Source: an uncultured Acidobacteriota bacterium
Lineage (GTDB): Bacteria > Acidobacteriota > Terriglobia > UBA7540
Reading direction: 5' to 3'
Assembly (NCBI GenBank): GCA_963804995.1
Contig: CAWDSK010000001.1
Span: 64,001-128,000 of the forward strand
Length of the DNA: 64,000 bases
Shown here: positions 19,855-29,210 of the stretch, one piece after another
How positions within the stretch are numbered: position 1 is the stretch's first letter
How the letters are laid out: the number at the start of each line of letters is the position of its first letter
The notes under the pieces: model-generated
The model's input: the letters and a program-made list of their open reading frames with translations, nothing else
The model's database searches: none
What the model was told of the DNA's origin: nothing
Translations under genes and position numbers: made by a program

Positions 19855-20871
19855 GTGGCAAGGGAAATAATAGACCTCGACGCAGCAGGGATGACCGGCA
19901 AGTCCATGGCGCGGGATCCCGACGATCAGGTCTTCGTCAATTTTGTCAGTACGTCTGCACGACCCCTTGAGCGCATCATCGTCGAGATTGCGCCGACCAA
20001 CATACCCGTGCTCATCATAGGAGAGAGCGGTTCCGGCAAGGACGTGATCGCCCAGCGAGTGCATCGGCTTTCACGTCGCGGAGGTGAGCCATTCGTGAAA
20101 TTGAAGTGTGCCTGTCTTTCTCTGAAGGATTTGGACCAGCTCCTGGATGGAAAAAAGGCAGCCAGCATAGTCAAGCGCCTGTCTGACGCCGGGACAGTTT
20201 TCCTGGACGAGGTCAGCGACTTGGAGCTGGCTTGCCAGCCAAAGCTGCTCCACGTTCTTCCAGACGGCGATGCAGGGTCCCAGTATCCCTGCTTGCGGGC
20301 GCGGATTATCTCCTCCAGCAGTCGAAACATCGAGGAAGAAATCCGCAACGGACGTTTCCGGGAGGAACTTTATTACCGACTCAATGGCGTCTGCCTTCGG
20401 CTGCCACCTCTGAGACATGGAAAGGAAGATATCCCAGCTCTTGTCGATTTTTTCCTGAGGAAGTACGCGGGACAATTTGGGCGGCCAAAGCCGGTTTTCA
20501 GCACGAAAGCGATGGGCCGGTTCCTTGACTACCCTTGGCCGGGAAACATCCGGCAATTGGAAAATGCGGTGAGAAACATCGTCGCCTTGGGCGACGAGCG
20601 ATTGGCACTTGGAGACCTCGAGTCGATTGGCGCCGATCCTGGCTCTCGCGGGGAGGTGATCCAGAAGTTTTCCCTGAAGGAGGCTGCCCGGGCAGCCTCG
20701 CACCAAGCAGAACGTGAGTTGATCTTGAAGGCTTTGCAGCGGACACATTGGAACCGCAAACGTGCGGCACGCGAGCTTCAAATCAGTTACAAGGCATTGC
20801 TTTACAAAGTAAAGCAGATCGGGATGGAAGATTCGGCCGAGTCTTCGGGTCCCAAAGGACAAGACCTATGA
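19855..20871 (+). CDS. Degenerate sigma-54 activator-like AAA-HTH protein lacking both receiver domain and GAFTGA loop
   Basis: GESGSGKD, FLDEV, FREELYYRL, WPGNIRQL and HTH present; ESELFG..GAFTGA replaced by LKDLDQLLDGKKAASIV; start uncertain (19855 or 19891). Confidence 0.85.
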   Translation: MAREIIDLDAAGMTGKSMARDPDDQVFVNFVSTSARPLERIIVEIAPTNIPVLIIGESGSGKDVIAQRVHRLSRRGGEPFVKLKCACLSLKDLDQLLDGKKAASIVKRLSDAGTVFLDEVSDLELACQPKLLHVLPDGDAGSQYPCLRARIISSSSRNIEEEIRNGRFREELYYRLNGVCLRLPPLRHGKEDIPALVDFFLRKYAGQFGRPKPVFSTKAMGRFLDYPWPGNIRQLENAVRNIVALGDERLALGDLESIGADPGSRGEVIQKFSLKEAARAASHQAERELILKALQRTHWNRKRAARELQISYKALLYKVKQIGMEDSAESSGPKGQDL

Positions 20872-21503
20872 GCAAACCTCACGCCCTCGTCATGATTCTC
20901 CTGTTATGCCTGGGTTCAACTGGACTGTTCGCACAGCAAAAGAAGGCCCCTGCCGACCGACAGATTAGCGCAGGGGTTGGAGGAGAGAACCCGGAACCTA
21001 GGGGTGAAGGAGACGTTGAGCCTGGTACCTATATAATCGGGGCCGAAGACATTCTTGACATTAGTGTCTGGCAGGAACCGAATGTTTCGCGAAGCGTCCC
21101 CGTGCGTCCGGACGGAAGGATTTCGATACCACTTGTGAATGATATTCAAGCGGCGGGACTGACGCCCATGCAACTCGCCGCCTCCATAACCGAGAAGCTG
21201 AAAAAGTTCCTGACCAAACCTCAGGTGACCGTTACGGTTGTGGCGATTAACAGTCAGAAGATTTTTGTAGTTGGTGAAGTGAATCGGCCGGGGCCCATGG
21301 CTTTGCTTCCCAAGATGACGGCTCTACAGGCGATTTCAACGGCGGGAGGCGTAACGCAGTTCGCCGATCAAAAGCACGCGTATGTGATGCGGCACGAGGG
21401 GGAAAAGGATTCTACTTACCCCGTGAACTATCGTGACCTGCTCCGCGGAGACATGCACGGAAACGTGGTCCTGAAAGCTGGGGACACTATTGTGGTTCCT
21501 TAG
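20868..21503 (+). CDS. Polysaccharide biosynthesis/export protein (Wza/EpsE-like, Poly_export + SLBB)
   Basis: YIIGAEDILDISVW, VRPDGRISIPLV, VVGEVNRPG, LKAGDTIVVP; ATGA overlap with upstream gene. Confidence 0.92.
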   Translation: MSKPHALVMILLLCLGSTGLFAQQKKAPADRQISAGVGGENPEPRGEGDVEPGTYIIGAEDILDISVWQEPNVSRSVPVRPDGRISIPLVNDIQAAGLTPMQLAASITEKLKKFLTKPQVTVTVVAINSQKIFVVGEVNRPGPMALLPKMTALQAISTAGGVTQFADQKHAYVMRHEGEKDSTYPVNYRDLLRGDMHGNVVLKAGDTIVVP

Positions 21504-21509
21504 GGGTTC

Positions 21510-22991
21510 ATGGTGATGAGGAAGGGTTGCTTATCTCTGACAACGATTGCTCTGGTGGCGCTCTGGACTATCACCTCGCGGGCACAACAGGTAGGTGCGC
21601 AAGCTGGCGAGACACTGCTAACAGCCACTTTCCCCGATTCCCAGATCGGGCCGAGCCAGACTCCTGTGACTGCTCCGAATCCGAGCGATGAACAACCCCC
21701 CGCACCCGCGCGCATGCCCCCTCTGAGCGGGGTGCAAGTGCTGGCCCCCACCTTTGGTGGAACGTCTGAGAACTACTGGTTGCCAGCACTTGCATGCACA
21801 GAGTACGCGAGCACCAATCCGACCGGACTCAATCGAAAGTCGGGTTTTTTCAGCGAAACCTCGTGTGCCGGCAACCTGACCTTACAAAGGGTCGATAGGC
21901 ACACCCAGCTGAACTTGGACTTCACCGGCGGAGGTTTCTACTATAACCGCCCGTTCGAGACGGGGACTCAGCAAGACATTAAGCAGTACGGGACCTTCGA
22001 AGAACTCGCAGTGTTCGCGCAGGTGAAAGGGCGCCGGTGGAATTGGATGATTGGGGATGAGGGCACCTACCTGCCCGAGGGCTCCACGGGTTACGGAGGA
22101 TTTGGCGGTATATCGAGTTTTGCAGGAGGTATGGGAGGGGGGGCGATGGCCAGCGCGCCCGCGCTGAATAGCGGGTTCTCGCCGAACCAATCCATTTACG
22201 GCGGCCTGGCCCGGCGGTTCAGCAACCTAGCCTTGAGCGAGTTTAGCTACGTCGTTGGTCCACGAACCACCCTCACGGCCACGGGAATGTTCGGAACCCA
22301 ACAGTTCCTCACGCCCGGTAATATTGATGAGAGGTACTGGACCGTCATGATGGGTTACAACCGCACTTTCGGCCGGAGCAATGAGGTTGCTGTGACCTAT
22401 GAAGAAATGCATTTCAACTTCGGCGCCTCCCAGCAGGAATTTCTTAGTCGCGGGGCGTCGATTCTCTACGGCCGCCAAATCAGCCCCAAGCTCGCTGTGG
22501 AGCTTTCCGTGGCGCCGATGGCCCGTGAGATCTCCGTACCCCAGACCGGCTCGACAACCAATTTCTTCATAGGGACTTACGATTCCTTGGGCTACCGTGC
22601 CCTGCGGTGGGGTGGAACGCTCAGTTTTGACCGGACCCTAGCCGGAGGCGCGGGGGTCTTGGCGGGAGCGGAAATGACCATGGTGATGGCGTCGCTTGGC
22701 CGGCAGTTGTCGCGCCGGGTGTATGGGAGCCTGAGTATGGCGTACGCGGACAATCGGTCTTTGGCGCAGAGCTCATCCGGTGTCCCTCAACCCGCATATG
22801 ATTACGTGCAAGCCGGGGTGAATCTAACTCATGAATTGGGGCAGCACACCAGCATATATGTGAACTATTACGTGCAGCGGCAAATCTCCAACACGCCCCT
22901 TTGTGAAGGCGCCTCTTGCTCAACGTTATACTTCCAACACGTCGGGGGCATTGGCATTAATTGGCACGCGCGACCTCTGAAGATCGATTGA
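21510..22991 (+). CDS. Putative outer-membrane beta-barrel protein of the EPS export system
   Basis: Signal peptide, amphipathic aromatic-rich strands, C-terminal GGIGINW; lies between Wza-like and Wzc-like genes. Confidence 0.7.
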   Translation: MVMRKGCLSLTTIALVALWTITSRAQQVGAQAGETLLTATFPDSQIGPSQTPVTAPNPSDEQPPAPARMPPLSGVQVLAPTFGGTSENYWLPALACTEYASTNPTGLNRKSGFFSETSCAGNLTLQRVDRHTQLNLDFTGGGFYYNRPFETGTQQDIKQYGTFEELAVFAQVKGRRWNWMIGDEGTYLPEGSTGYGGFGGISSFAGGMGGGAMASAPALNSGFSPNQSIYGGLARRFSNLALSEFSYVVGPRTTLTATGMFGTQQFLTPGNIDERYWTVMMGYNRTFGRSNEVAVTYEEMHFNFGASQQEFLSRGASILYGRQISPKLAVELSVAPMAREISVPQTGSTTNFFIGTYDSLGYRALRWGGTLSFDRTLAGGAGVLAGAEMTMVMASLGRQLSRRVYGSLSMAYADNRSLAQSSSGVPQPAYDYVQAGVNLTHELGQHTSIYVNYYVQRQISNTPLCEGASCSTLYFQHVGGIGINWHARPLKID

Positions 22992-23033
22992 GCGCGGGTG
23001 AAGCCTCAGATTCAGGAAGGACGAGAAATCCTC

Positions 23034-24572
23034 ATGATAGGACACAGGCAGTTCGGGTGGGACGATTACCTGGCCATCTGGCGCCGGAGACGATTCTTGA
23101 TCATCGGACCAGCCCTCCTTGGTCCCGTGATCCTCTTTGGCATCTCCCTGGTGTTGCCCAATCGCTATGAGTCCGACACTCTGATCCTGATCCAAAGCCA
23201 GCGGATTCCGAATAATATGGTCCAGTCCGTTATCACCGAGGATTTGAATGGGCGGGTTGCCAGCTTGGAGGAGCAGGTCTTGAGCCGAACCCGGTTGGAG
23301 TCGATCATTAAACGTTACGACCTTTTCAAGGAGAACACCGGCGGGCGGCCTATGGAGTTGCTGGTTGACGATCTGCGCAAAGGCATCGAGCTGACCCCCG
23401 TGAAACCCATGGTTAGATCACGCGATCAAACCCTCCCTGGCTTCTCCATCGGTGTGAGGCTCTCCAGTGCTCAATTGGCCCAGCAAGTTTGCGGTGAGAT
23501 CACCTCAATGTTCATCGAAGAGAATCTCCGCCAAAGGGAACAGTCGGCCAAGGGCACGACCAGTTTCTTTCAAGCCCAGCTCGAAGATGCCAAGCGCCAA
23601 CTCGATGAGCAGGAGGCAAAACTGGCCGAGTTCAAGCTCAAGTACATGCGCGAGCTTCCCGAGGACACCCAAACGAACCTCAACTTGCTCGCGTCTCTGG
23701 ATGGCCAACTCGAAATGGCGACTCAAGCCCTCAGTCGTGCGCAACAAGAGAAGACCTACATGGAGTCTTTACTTACGCAACAGGTGGCCGCTTGGAAGGC
23801 TGCGCAGGGAGAAGGAGATAAGCCGCAACCCCAAACGCTCCAGCAGCAGCTTGCCACAATGCAGAGTCAGCTTGTGACGCTGGAGGTCAAAGACACACAA
23901 GAACACCCCGATGTCATCAAGCTCCAAGCTGAAATCGAGCGGCTCAAGAAGAAACTGCGCGAGCAGGGAACTACACCCGACACAAAAACCGAGGGAGAGG
24001 TCCAACATCCAGCGCCTATAGAACCCCCTCAGATCCAACAATTGCGCAGTCAACTTCATGCCTATGAAGAAGCCATGGGCACTCAAAGCAAGGTACAGCA
24101 ACGATTGCAGGGGCAAATCGAACTCCTCCAGTCGCGTATCCAAATGAGTCCGGTGGTGGAGCAACAATACAAGCAAGTCACGCGCGATCATGAGATGGCG
24201 CTGGGTTTCTATAACGACCTGCTCAAGAAAAGGAACGAATCGGAGATGGCGACCGATCTGGAGCAACGCCAGCAGGGAGAGCAATTCCTTATCATGGATC
24301 CGGCGAACTTGCCGAAGGAACCGATATTCCCGAACAGGCCCTTGTTTGCCTTGGGGGGGTTGGGTGGGGGCTTGGGCTTGGGTCTCTGTCTGGTGGGGCT
24401 CATGGAGGCGCGGGACAAGGCACTTCGGAACGAGAAAGACATAGAAGCCTGTTTGGGATTGCCGACGCTTGCCATGGTGCCTTTACTCACGACGGCGCCG
24501 AGGGTGAAGCGGTTCCGGGTTGGCGAGGCAGGGAAACTCGGGATGGCGGAAGAGCGTACCGGGGGGACTTAA
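23034..24572 (+). CDS. Polysaccharide chain-length determinant (GumC/Wzc periplasmic part)
   Basis: Two TM segments around a long coiled coil; HPDVI; IMDPANLPKEPIFPNR. Confidence 0.9.
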   Translation: MIGHRQFGWDDYLAIWRRRRFLIIGPALLGPVILFGISLVLPNRYESDTLILIQSQRIPNNMVQSVITEDLNGRVASLEEQVLSRTRLESIIKRYDLFKENTGGRPMELLVDDLRKGIELTPVKPMVRSRDQTLPGFSIGVRLSSAQLAQQVCGEITSMFIEENLRQREQSAKGTTSFFQAQLEDAKRQLDEQEAKLAEFKLKYMRELPEDTQTNLNLLASLDGQLEMATQALSRAQQEKTYMESLLTQQVAAWKAAQGEGDKPQPQTLQQQLATMQSQLVTLEVKDTQEHPDVIKLQAEIERLKKKLREQGTTPDTKTEGEVQHPAPIEPPQIQQLRSQLHAYEEAMGTQSKVQQRLQGQIELLQSRIQMSPVVEQQYKQVTRDHEMALGFYNDLLKKRNESEMATDLEQRQQGEQFLIMDPANLPKEPIFPNRPLFALGGLGGGLGLGLCLVGLMEARDKALRNEKDIEACLGLPTLAMVPLLTTAPRVKRFRVGEAGKLGMAEERTGGT

Positions 24573-24583
24573 GGACTTCGTGT

Positions 24584-25504
24584 ATGTACAAGAGATTCTT
24601 CGGGCTGAAGGAAAACCCGTTTAACGTCAATCCGGACCCACGGTTCCTGTTTCAGACGCGGGAGATACAGGAAGCGTTGGCTTGCCTGGCCTACGGCGTC
24701 CGGCGCCGGAAAGGGTTCATTCTGCTTAGCGGAGAGGTGGGGACAGGAAAAACAACCCTCCTCAACAAGCTGCTGGAGAATCTACGCGGGGAGCGTGTGA
24801 CGACAGCCTTTATCTTCAATCCGCGCCTCAGCGTGAATCAATTCCTGCACTTCATGCTGGCGGATTTTGGGATCTCTTGCGAATCTCACAGGAAGAGTCA
24901 GGTTTTACTTCAACTTAATCAATGGCTTTTGGAGCGGTACCGCGCCGGGGAAACCGCTGTCCTGGTTGTGGATGAAGCGCAGAATCTTTCGCTGGAAGTT
25001 CTTGAGGAGATCCGGTTGCTGACCAACCTGGAGACGTCAACGGAAAAACTCCTCCAGATCGTGCTTTCAGGTCAGCCAGAACTTGAGAATCTTCTCAACC
25101 AGGCGGTCCTTCGCCAGCTTCGACAACGGATCACCCTGAGATGCAAGATGGCGCCGTTAACTCTTGAAGACACACGGTGCTACATTTCCGAACGTCTCCG
25201 CATCGCGGGGGCCAGTGGTGACTCGATTTTCAATCCGGACGCACTCGAAGTGATATTTCGATATTCAGGCGGAATTCCTCGTGTGATCAATCTGCTATGC
25301 GAGCATGCGCTGATCACTGCCTTCGCTGAGGAGCAGAGGCCGGTGCTTGCCGACACGATCCAAGCCGTGGCGCACGAATTTGAATTGGATAGACCGCCAG
25401 AACCGGTCGTTCAGCTTCTCGAAGGGGAGAAACGTCCCTCACAGGTTGTTGACTCACTGCAGAACCTGGGCCAACTCATGGACCGGATGAGGAAGGGTAG
25501 CTAG
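24584..25504 (+). CDS. ExeA/GspA-like AAA ATPase associated with exosortase/PEP-CTERM loci
   Basis: MYKRFFGLKENPF..PDPRFL, GEVGTGKT, VVDEAQNL, GQPEL, GGIPRVIN. Confidence 0.9.
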   Translation: MYKRFFGLKENPFNVNPDPRFLFQTREIQEALACLAYGVRRRKGFILLSGEVGTGKTTLLNKLLENLRGERVTTAFIFNPRLSVNQFLHFMLADFGISCESHRKSQVLLQLNQWLLERYRAGETAVLVVDEAQNLSLEVLEEIRLLTNLETSTEKLLQIVLSGQPELENLLNQAVLRQLRQRITLRCKMAPLTLEDTRCYISERLRIAGASGDSIFNPDALEVIFRYSGGIPRVINLLCEHALITAFAEEQRPVLADTIQAVAHEFELDRPPEPVVQLLEGEKRPSQVVDSLQNLGQLMDRMRKGS

Positions 25505-25538
25505 AGGGCCCAGTTCAGCGTATAGCGACAGGACAGTT

Positions 25539-26477
25539 ATGAGCCGAGTTCACGATGCCCTGAGAAAAGCCGAAGAAGAGAAGGCGATACTGGGCGATCC
25601 CGATAGCTCTGTGGAGACGAAGGTACCAAACGCGCCCGGTCTCCACCACCTGGAAAGCACGGGTGTTGCCGCGAACCAGCAGCCGGTCGCGAATGCGGAG
25701 AGCAGGGCCGGGCAGGATGAGTTAGTCCCTGGGGCGTTCTTGGAAAGCTGCTCGCGCCGGGTTTGGAACATGGACCCCACCTTGACTCGACATGCGGATG
25801 CGCGGCGCCACACGCTCGTTTCAGAGCAATTTCGCACCCTACGGTCGCAACTCTATCTCATGCGCAAAGTGCGGCCGGTGCAAAAGCTCGTCGTTACGAG
25901 CCCATTGCCGGGCGAGGGGAAAACCTTCGTAGCCGCGAACTTGGCGCGGGTCACCGCGAAACAGACCGACAGTCGGGTCCTGTTGATCGATGGCGACTTG
26001 CGTAGATCCGCGCTGCATGCCGTACTGGGAGCTCCTTCTGTGCCGGGCCTATCGGAGTACTTGGCGGGCGGATTCGACCTTACCTCCGTCATTCAGCGAG
26101 GTCCCGTGGAAAACCTCTTCTTCATTCCCGGGGGAGAAAACGCACCGAATCCCACGGAACTTCTCAGCAATGGCCGTTTCGAGCTTCTGATGAACCGAGT
26201 GGTTCCGATTTTTGATTGGATCATTATTGACTCCGCTCCGGTCATTCCCGTGTCAGACACCAGATTGCTTGCTGGGTTCTGTGATGGGGTGTTGATGTTG
26301 GTCAATGCGGGCACGACGCCCTTCGACCTGGCGCAGAAAGCCTGCGGGGAGTTTCTGAAGAATCAACTTCTGGGTGTCATCCTCAACCGCGTTGAGCCGG
26401 AGCACACCTACGGTTACTATTATTATTACGGCAAAGGGAATCACCATAAAGGGAATGGCAAGGGCGTAGAGGTATGA
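25539..26477 (+). CDS. CpsD/CapB-family bacterial tyrosine kinase
   Basis: EQFRTLR, SPLPGEGKT, LIDGDLR, IIIDSAP and C-terminal tyrosine cluster YGYYYYY. Confidence 0.92.
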   Translation: MSRVHDALRKAEEEKAILGDPDSSVETKVPNAPGLHHLESTGVAANQQPVANAESRAGQDELVPGAFLESCSRRVWNMDPTLTRHADARRHTLVSEQFRTLRSQLYLMRKVRPVQKLVVTSPLPGEGKTFVAANLARVTAKQTDSRVLLIDGDLRRSALHAVLGAPSVPGLSEYLAGGFDLTSVIQRGPVENLFFIPGGENAPNPTELLSNGRFELLMNRVVPIFDWIIIDSAPVIPVSDTRLLAGFCDGVLMLVNAGTTPFDLAQKACGEFLKNQLLGVILNRVEPEHTYGYYYYYGKGNHHKGNGKGVEV

Positions 26478-26837
26478 GTTCTGCCGTAATAGCCCGCAAC
26501 CCTGCTCATCAGCCAGTGGGTGCCCTGGCCGCCAAGAGCCCACGGGTATGCCCTTTCTATAGCTTACGGGCGGGGGGATTTGTTGTCCGAAGCACGTCTC
26601 GCGCAGAGGGAGTGGCAGGTCCGGTGGCGGGCTCGTCGCACGATTGTCCAGACGGCGCTTATGATGGCCGTTCGAGGGACGGAATCAAAGACCCATCTAG
26701 ATGCAAATCTTTGCAAGTTTGGGTGGCTCTCAGGGCGACAACCTTTTTAGACATCCTAACGACCGCTGTCACGGACGTAACCACCTTATTTGTCAAGGTC
26801 CTACGCGTCAACGAAAAAATGACTGGCGGCCCGGGTT

Positions 26838-26853
26838 TGGCCCATCGCTTGCG
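26838..26853 (+). promoter_or_regulatory. Sigma-54 promoter of the EPS biosynthesis operon
   Basis: TGGCCCATCGCTTGCG; palindromic TGCAAA-TC-TTTGCA at 26702-26715 upstream. Confidence 0.65.
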
Positions 26854-27221
26854 GGATCTGTCTCCATATGGTCATGGGCATTACTCCAACGGATCCGCAC
26901 AATTCGGAGTCGGCAGTGGTCCGTCCACCCAGCCGAAGCGACAGCAAGAGCCTCGCGGCCGAGGCGGTGCCCCCCCCCTGCGAGTCGAAAAGGCAGGTGT
27001 GCGGCGCGAGGTTGCCTTTCCGAGGTCCCGGGGTTGGCGGTACGCAACCCGGACAGGAACTGCTGGAGCCAAAGTGGCCTCAACGTGGTCGCGCGAGAAT
27101 TGTGTTGGGGGCTCAAGCGGGAAGATCTGCTGACCACGGCAGTCTGGAAGTTTCACTACCACGTAAGAAGGAGCGAAGCGGCTTACGGAGACGGCTCCTG
27201 TAAGTCACAGGGCGGAGCTAT

Positions 27222-27815
27222 ATGTTGTCGATGCCTTTTGCGGCCGGCACAGGGGAAGTGGATTCGGACGCCAGTTGGTATGCACTCTACACCCGGCATC
27301 AACACGAGAAGACTGTCGCTAGCCTTTTGTCGGGAAAGGGATTCCAGGTGTTCCTCCCTCTGTATTCAACTGTCCACAGGTGGAAAGACAGGGACAAGCA
27401 GTTGTTTCTACCACTGTACCCCGGCTATGTTTTCTTACTGGATCGGCTCGACCGCACGCTCCAGATTCTGATGACTCCGGGCGTTCATTCGATCGTAGGA
27501 ACGGCGGGTGGTCCCGAGCCTATTCCGCAATTCGAGATCGACGCAGTCAAGCGCGTCATCGAAAGCTCATTGGCAGTTGAACCTCATCCGTTCCTGCGGT
27601 GTGGAGACCGAGTGAGGGTCACTTACGGCCCACTTGAGGGAATTGAAGGAATTCTCCTACGCAAGAAGAACGCGTTCAGGCTCGTCCTGTCTATGGAAAT
27701 GCTGATGAAGTCGGTTGCGATTGAGATTGATGCGTCCATTGTTGAGCGCATTAGCGCCCCGAATTGGAGCCCGATCAACCGCGGGTTTGAAGAACCGCTC
27801 TACTCTGCTTTCTGA
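27222..27815 (+). CDS. UpxY/RfaH-like NusG-paralogue transcription antiterminator
   Basis: WYALYTR..HEK, LPLYPGYVF and KOW motif GDRVRVTYGPLEGIEG; start may be 27231. Confidence 0.9.
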   Translation: MLSMPFAAGTGEVDSDASWYALYTRHQHEKTVASLLSGKGFQVFLPLYSTVHRWKDRDKQLFLPLYPGYVFLLDRLDRTLQILMTPGVHSIVGTAGGPEPIPQFEIDAVKRVIESSLAVEPHPFLRCGDRVRVTYGPLEGIEGILLRKKNAFRLVLSMEMLMKSVAIEIDASIVERISAPNWSPINRGFEEPLYSAF

Positions 27816-27831
27816 GATTGCGAGAGACCAC

Positions 27832-29025
27832 ATGAGTCTGGGGAGCAGCCCGTTGATCACCCTGGCGTTGAATGACAAGCCACAACCTCGCCGACGCGCC
27901 ACTAATCATCCTCAGCTCCCAGTCCCCTCGAGCACACGGCATTACGGTACTGTTCCTGAAGAGTCATTCAGAAGGACCCTTTCCTTGGAGCAGAAGAGGA
28001 CGGAGCGTTCAAGGAAGCCTTTCCTGCTCATGCTCTTAGAGGGGGAGAAACTCTTCCAGACCGACCGGCGGCAAAGGGCACTTCAAAACATACTCTCATC
28101 CCTGTCCAGCTCGGTCAGGGAGACGGACATCACCGGTTGGTTCATAGAGAATTCCATCGTCGGTGTCATCTTTACCGAGGTCGGCTCAGCCGACGCCGCG
28201 ACCTTTCCGGAAGCCATTTTGGAACGGGTTGTGACGGCACTGCACCATAACTTGAGTTCGGAAGAAGTCGATTTCATAGACATCACCCTCCATGTTTTCC
28301 CGGATGAGTGGGATGAAAAGAAGCCCGGGCCGCCAGCCAGATTGGATTTTTATCCGGACTTGCGGGAGCAGAAGGATTTCCGCCGGGTTGATCTGGTTCT
28401 AAAAAGGATCGTCGACGTAGGGGGAAGTCTGATCGCGCTTATTCTTCTATCCCCCTTGTTTGCGCTGATCGCTGCTCTCATCAAACTCACTTCTAGAGGT
28501 CCGGTATTGTTCCGGCAGACCAGGGTGGGCCAGTATGGGGAGAAATTCACGTTTCTCAAGTTTCGGACGATGGATGCCCGTAGCAATTCTAGCATCCACA
28601 AAGACTATGTCAGACGGCTTATTTCTGGAAAAGCATATTTGAACGAAGGTGAACACGGGCAATCTCCCGTCTATAAGCTAGTTGACGATCCGAGAGTGGC
28701 GCGTGTAGGGAGATTCTTACGGAGGAGCAGCCTGGACGAACTTCCGCAGTTGCTCAACGTCTTAAAGGGAGAAATGTCCCTGGTTGGGCCGCGCCCTCCT
28801 ATCCCCTACGAGTGTGATGTCTATGAATTGTGGCACAGGCGCCGGGTGCTGGAGGCCAAGCCAGGTATTACGGGGCTTTGGCAGGTGAACGGGCGCAGCA
28901 AGACAACCTTCGATGATATGGTTCGCCTGGACCTGCGGTATGCGAGGTCCTGGTCCCTCTGGTTGGACTTTAAGATCTTGCTCAAAACGCCTCAAGCTGT
29001 TCTCTCGGGCGAAGGCGCTTACTGA
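27832..29025 (+). CDS. Priming sugar transferase (Bac_transf) with N-terminal degenerate GGDEF-like domain
   Basis: [58 protein letters not shown]. Confidence 0.92.
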   Translation: MSLGSSPLITLALNDKPQPRRRATNHPQLPVPSSTRHYGTVPEESFRRTLSLEQKRTERSRKPFLLMLLEGEKLFQTDRRQRALQNILSSLSSSVRETDITGWFIENSIVGVIFTEVGSADAATFPEAILERVVTALHHNLSSEEVDFIDITLHVFPDEWDEKKPGPPARLDFYPDLREQKDFRRVDLVLKRIVDVGGSLIALILLSPLFALIAALIKLTSRGPVLFRQTRVGQYGEKFTFLKFRTMDARSNSSIHKDYVRRLISGKAYLNEGEHGQSPVYKLVDDPRVARVGRFLRRSSLDELPQLLNVLKGEMSLVGPRPPIPYECDVYELWHRRRVLEAKPGITGLWQVNGRSKTTFDDMVRLDLRYARSWSLWLDFKILLKTPQAVLSGEGAY

Positions 29026-29210
29026 GAATGTTCGCATTCTCCTGTGTCCCCTTTCTCTCTACCCTGCCGGGATGAGCCTTCCGAACACAGCATCGAATCT
29101 TTGAGTTGCCGTTGCCTACGGACAAGAACGCTCCCAGGTGTTTTGCGGTCGTTGTCGGCGGCCCTAAGGGTGTCCAGTGGGGAGCCTGCTGTACGATCGC
29201 GAGGTGAACC

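Noticed and set aside
26474..27471. Overlapping ORFs of 219 and 256 aa between the BY-kinase and the antiterminator
   Set aside because: No motifs, shadow-like composition, and they span the predicted enhancer, promoter and leader
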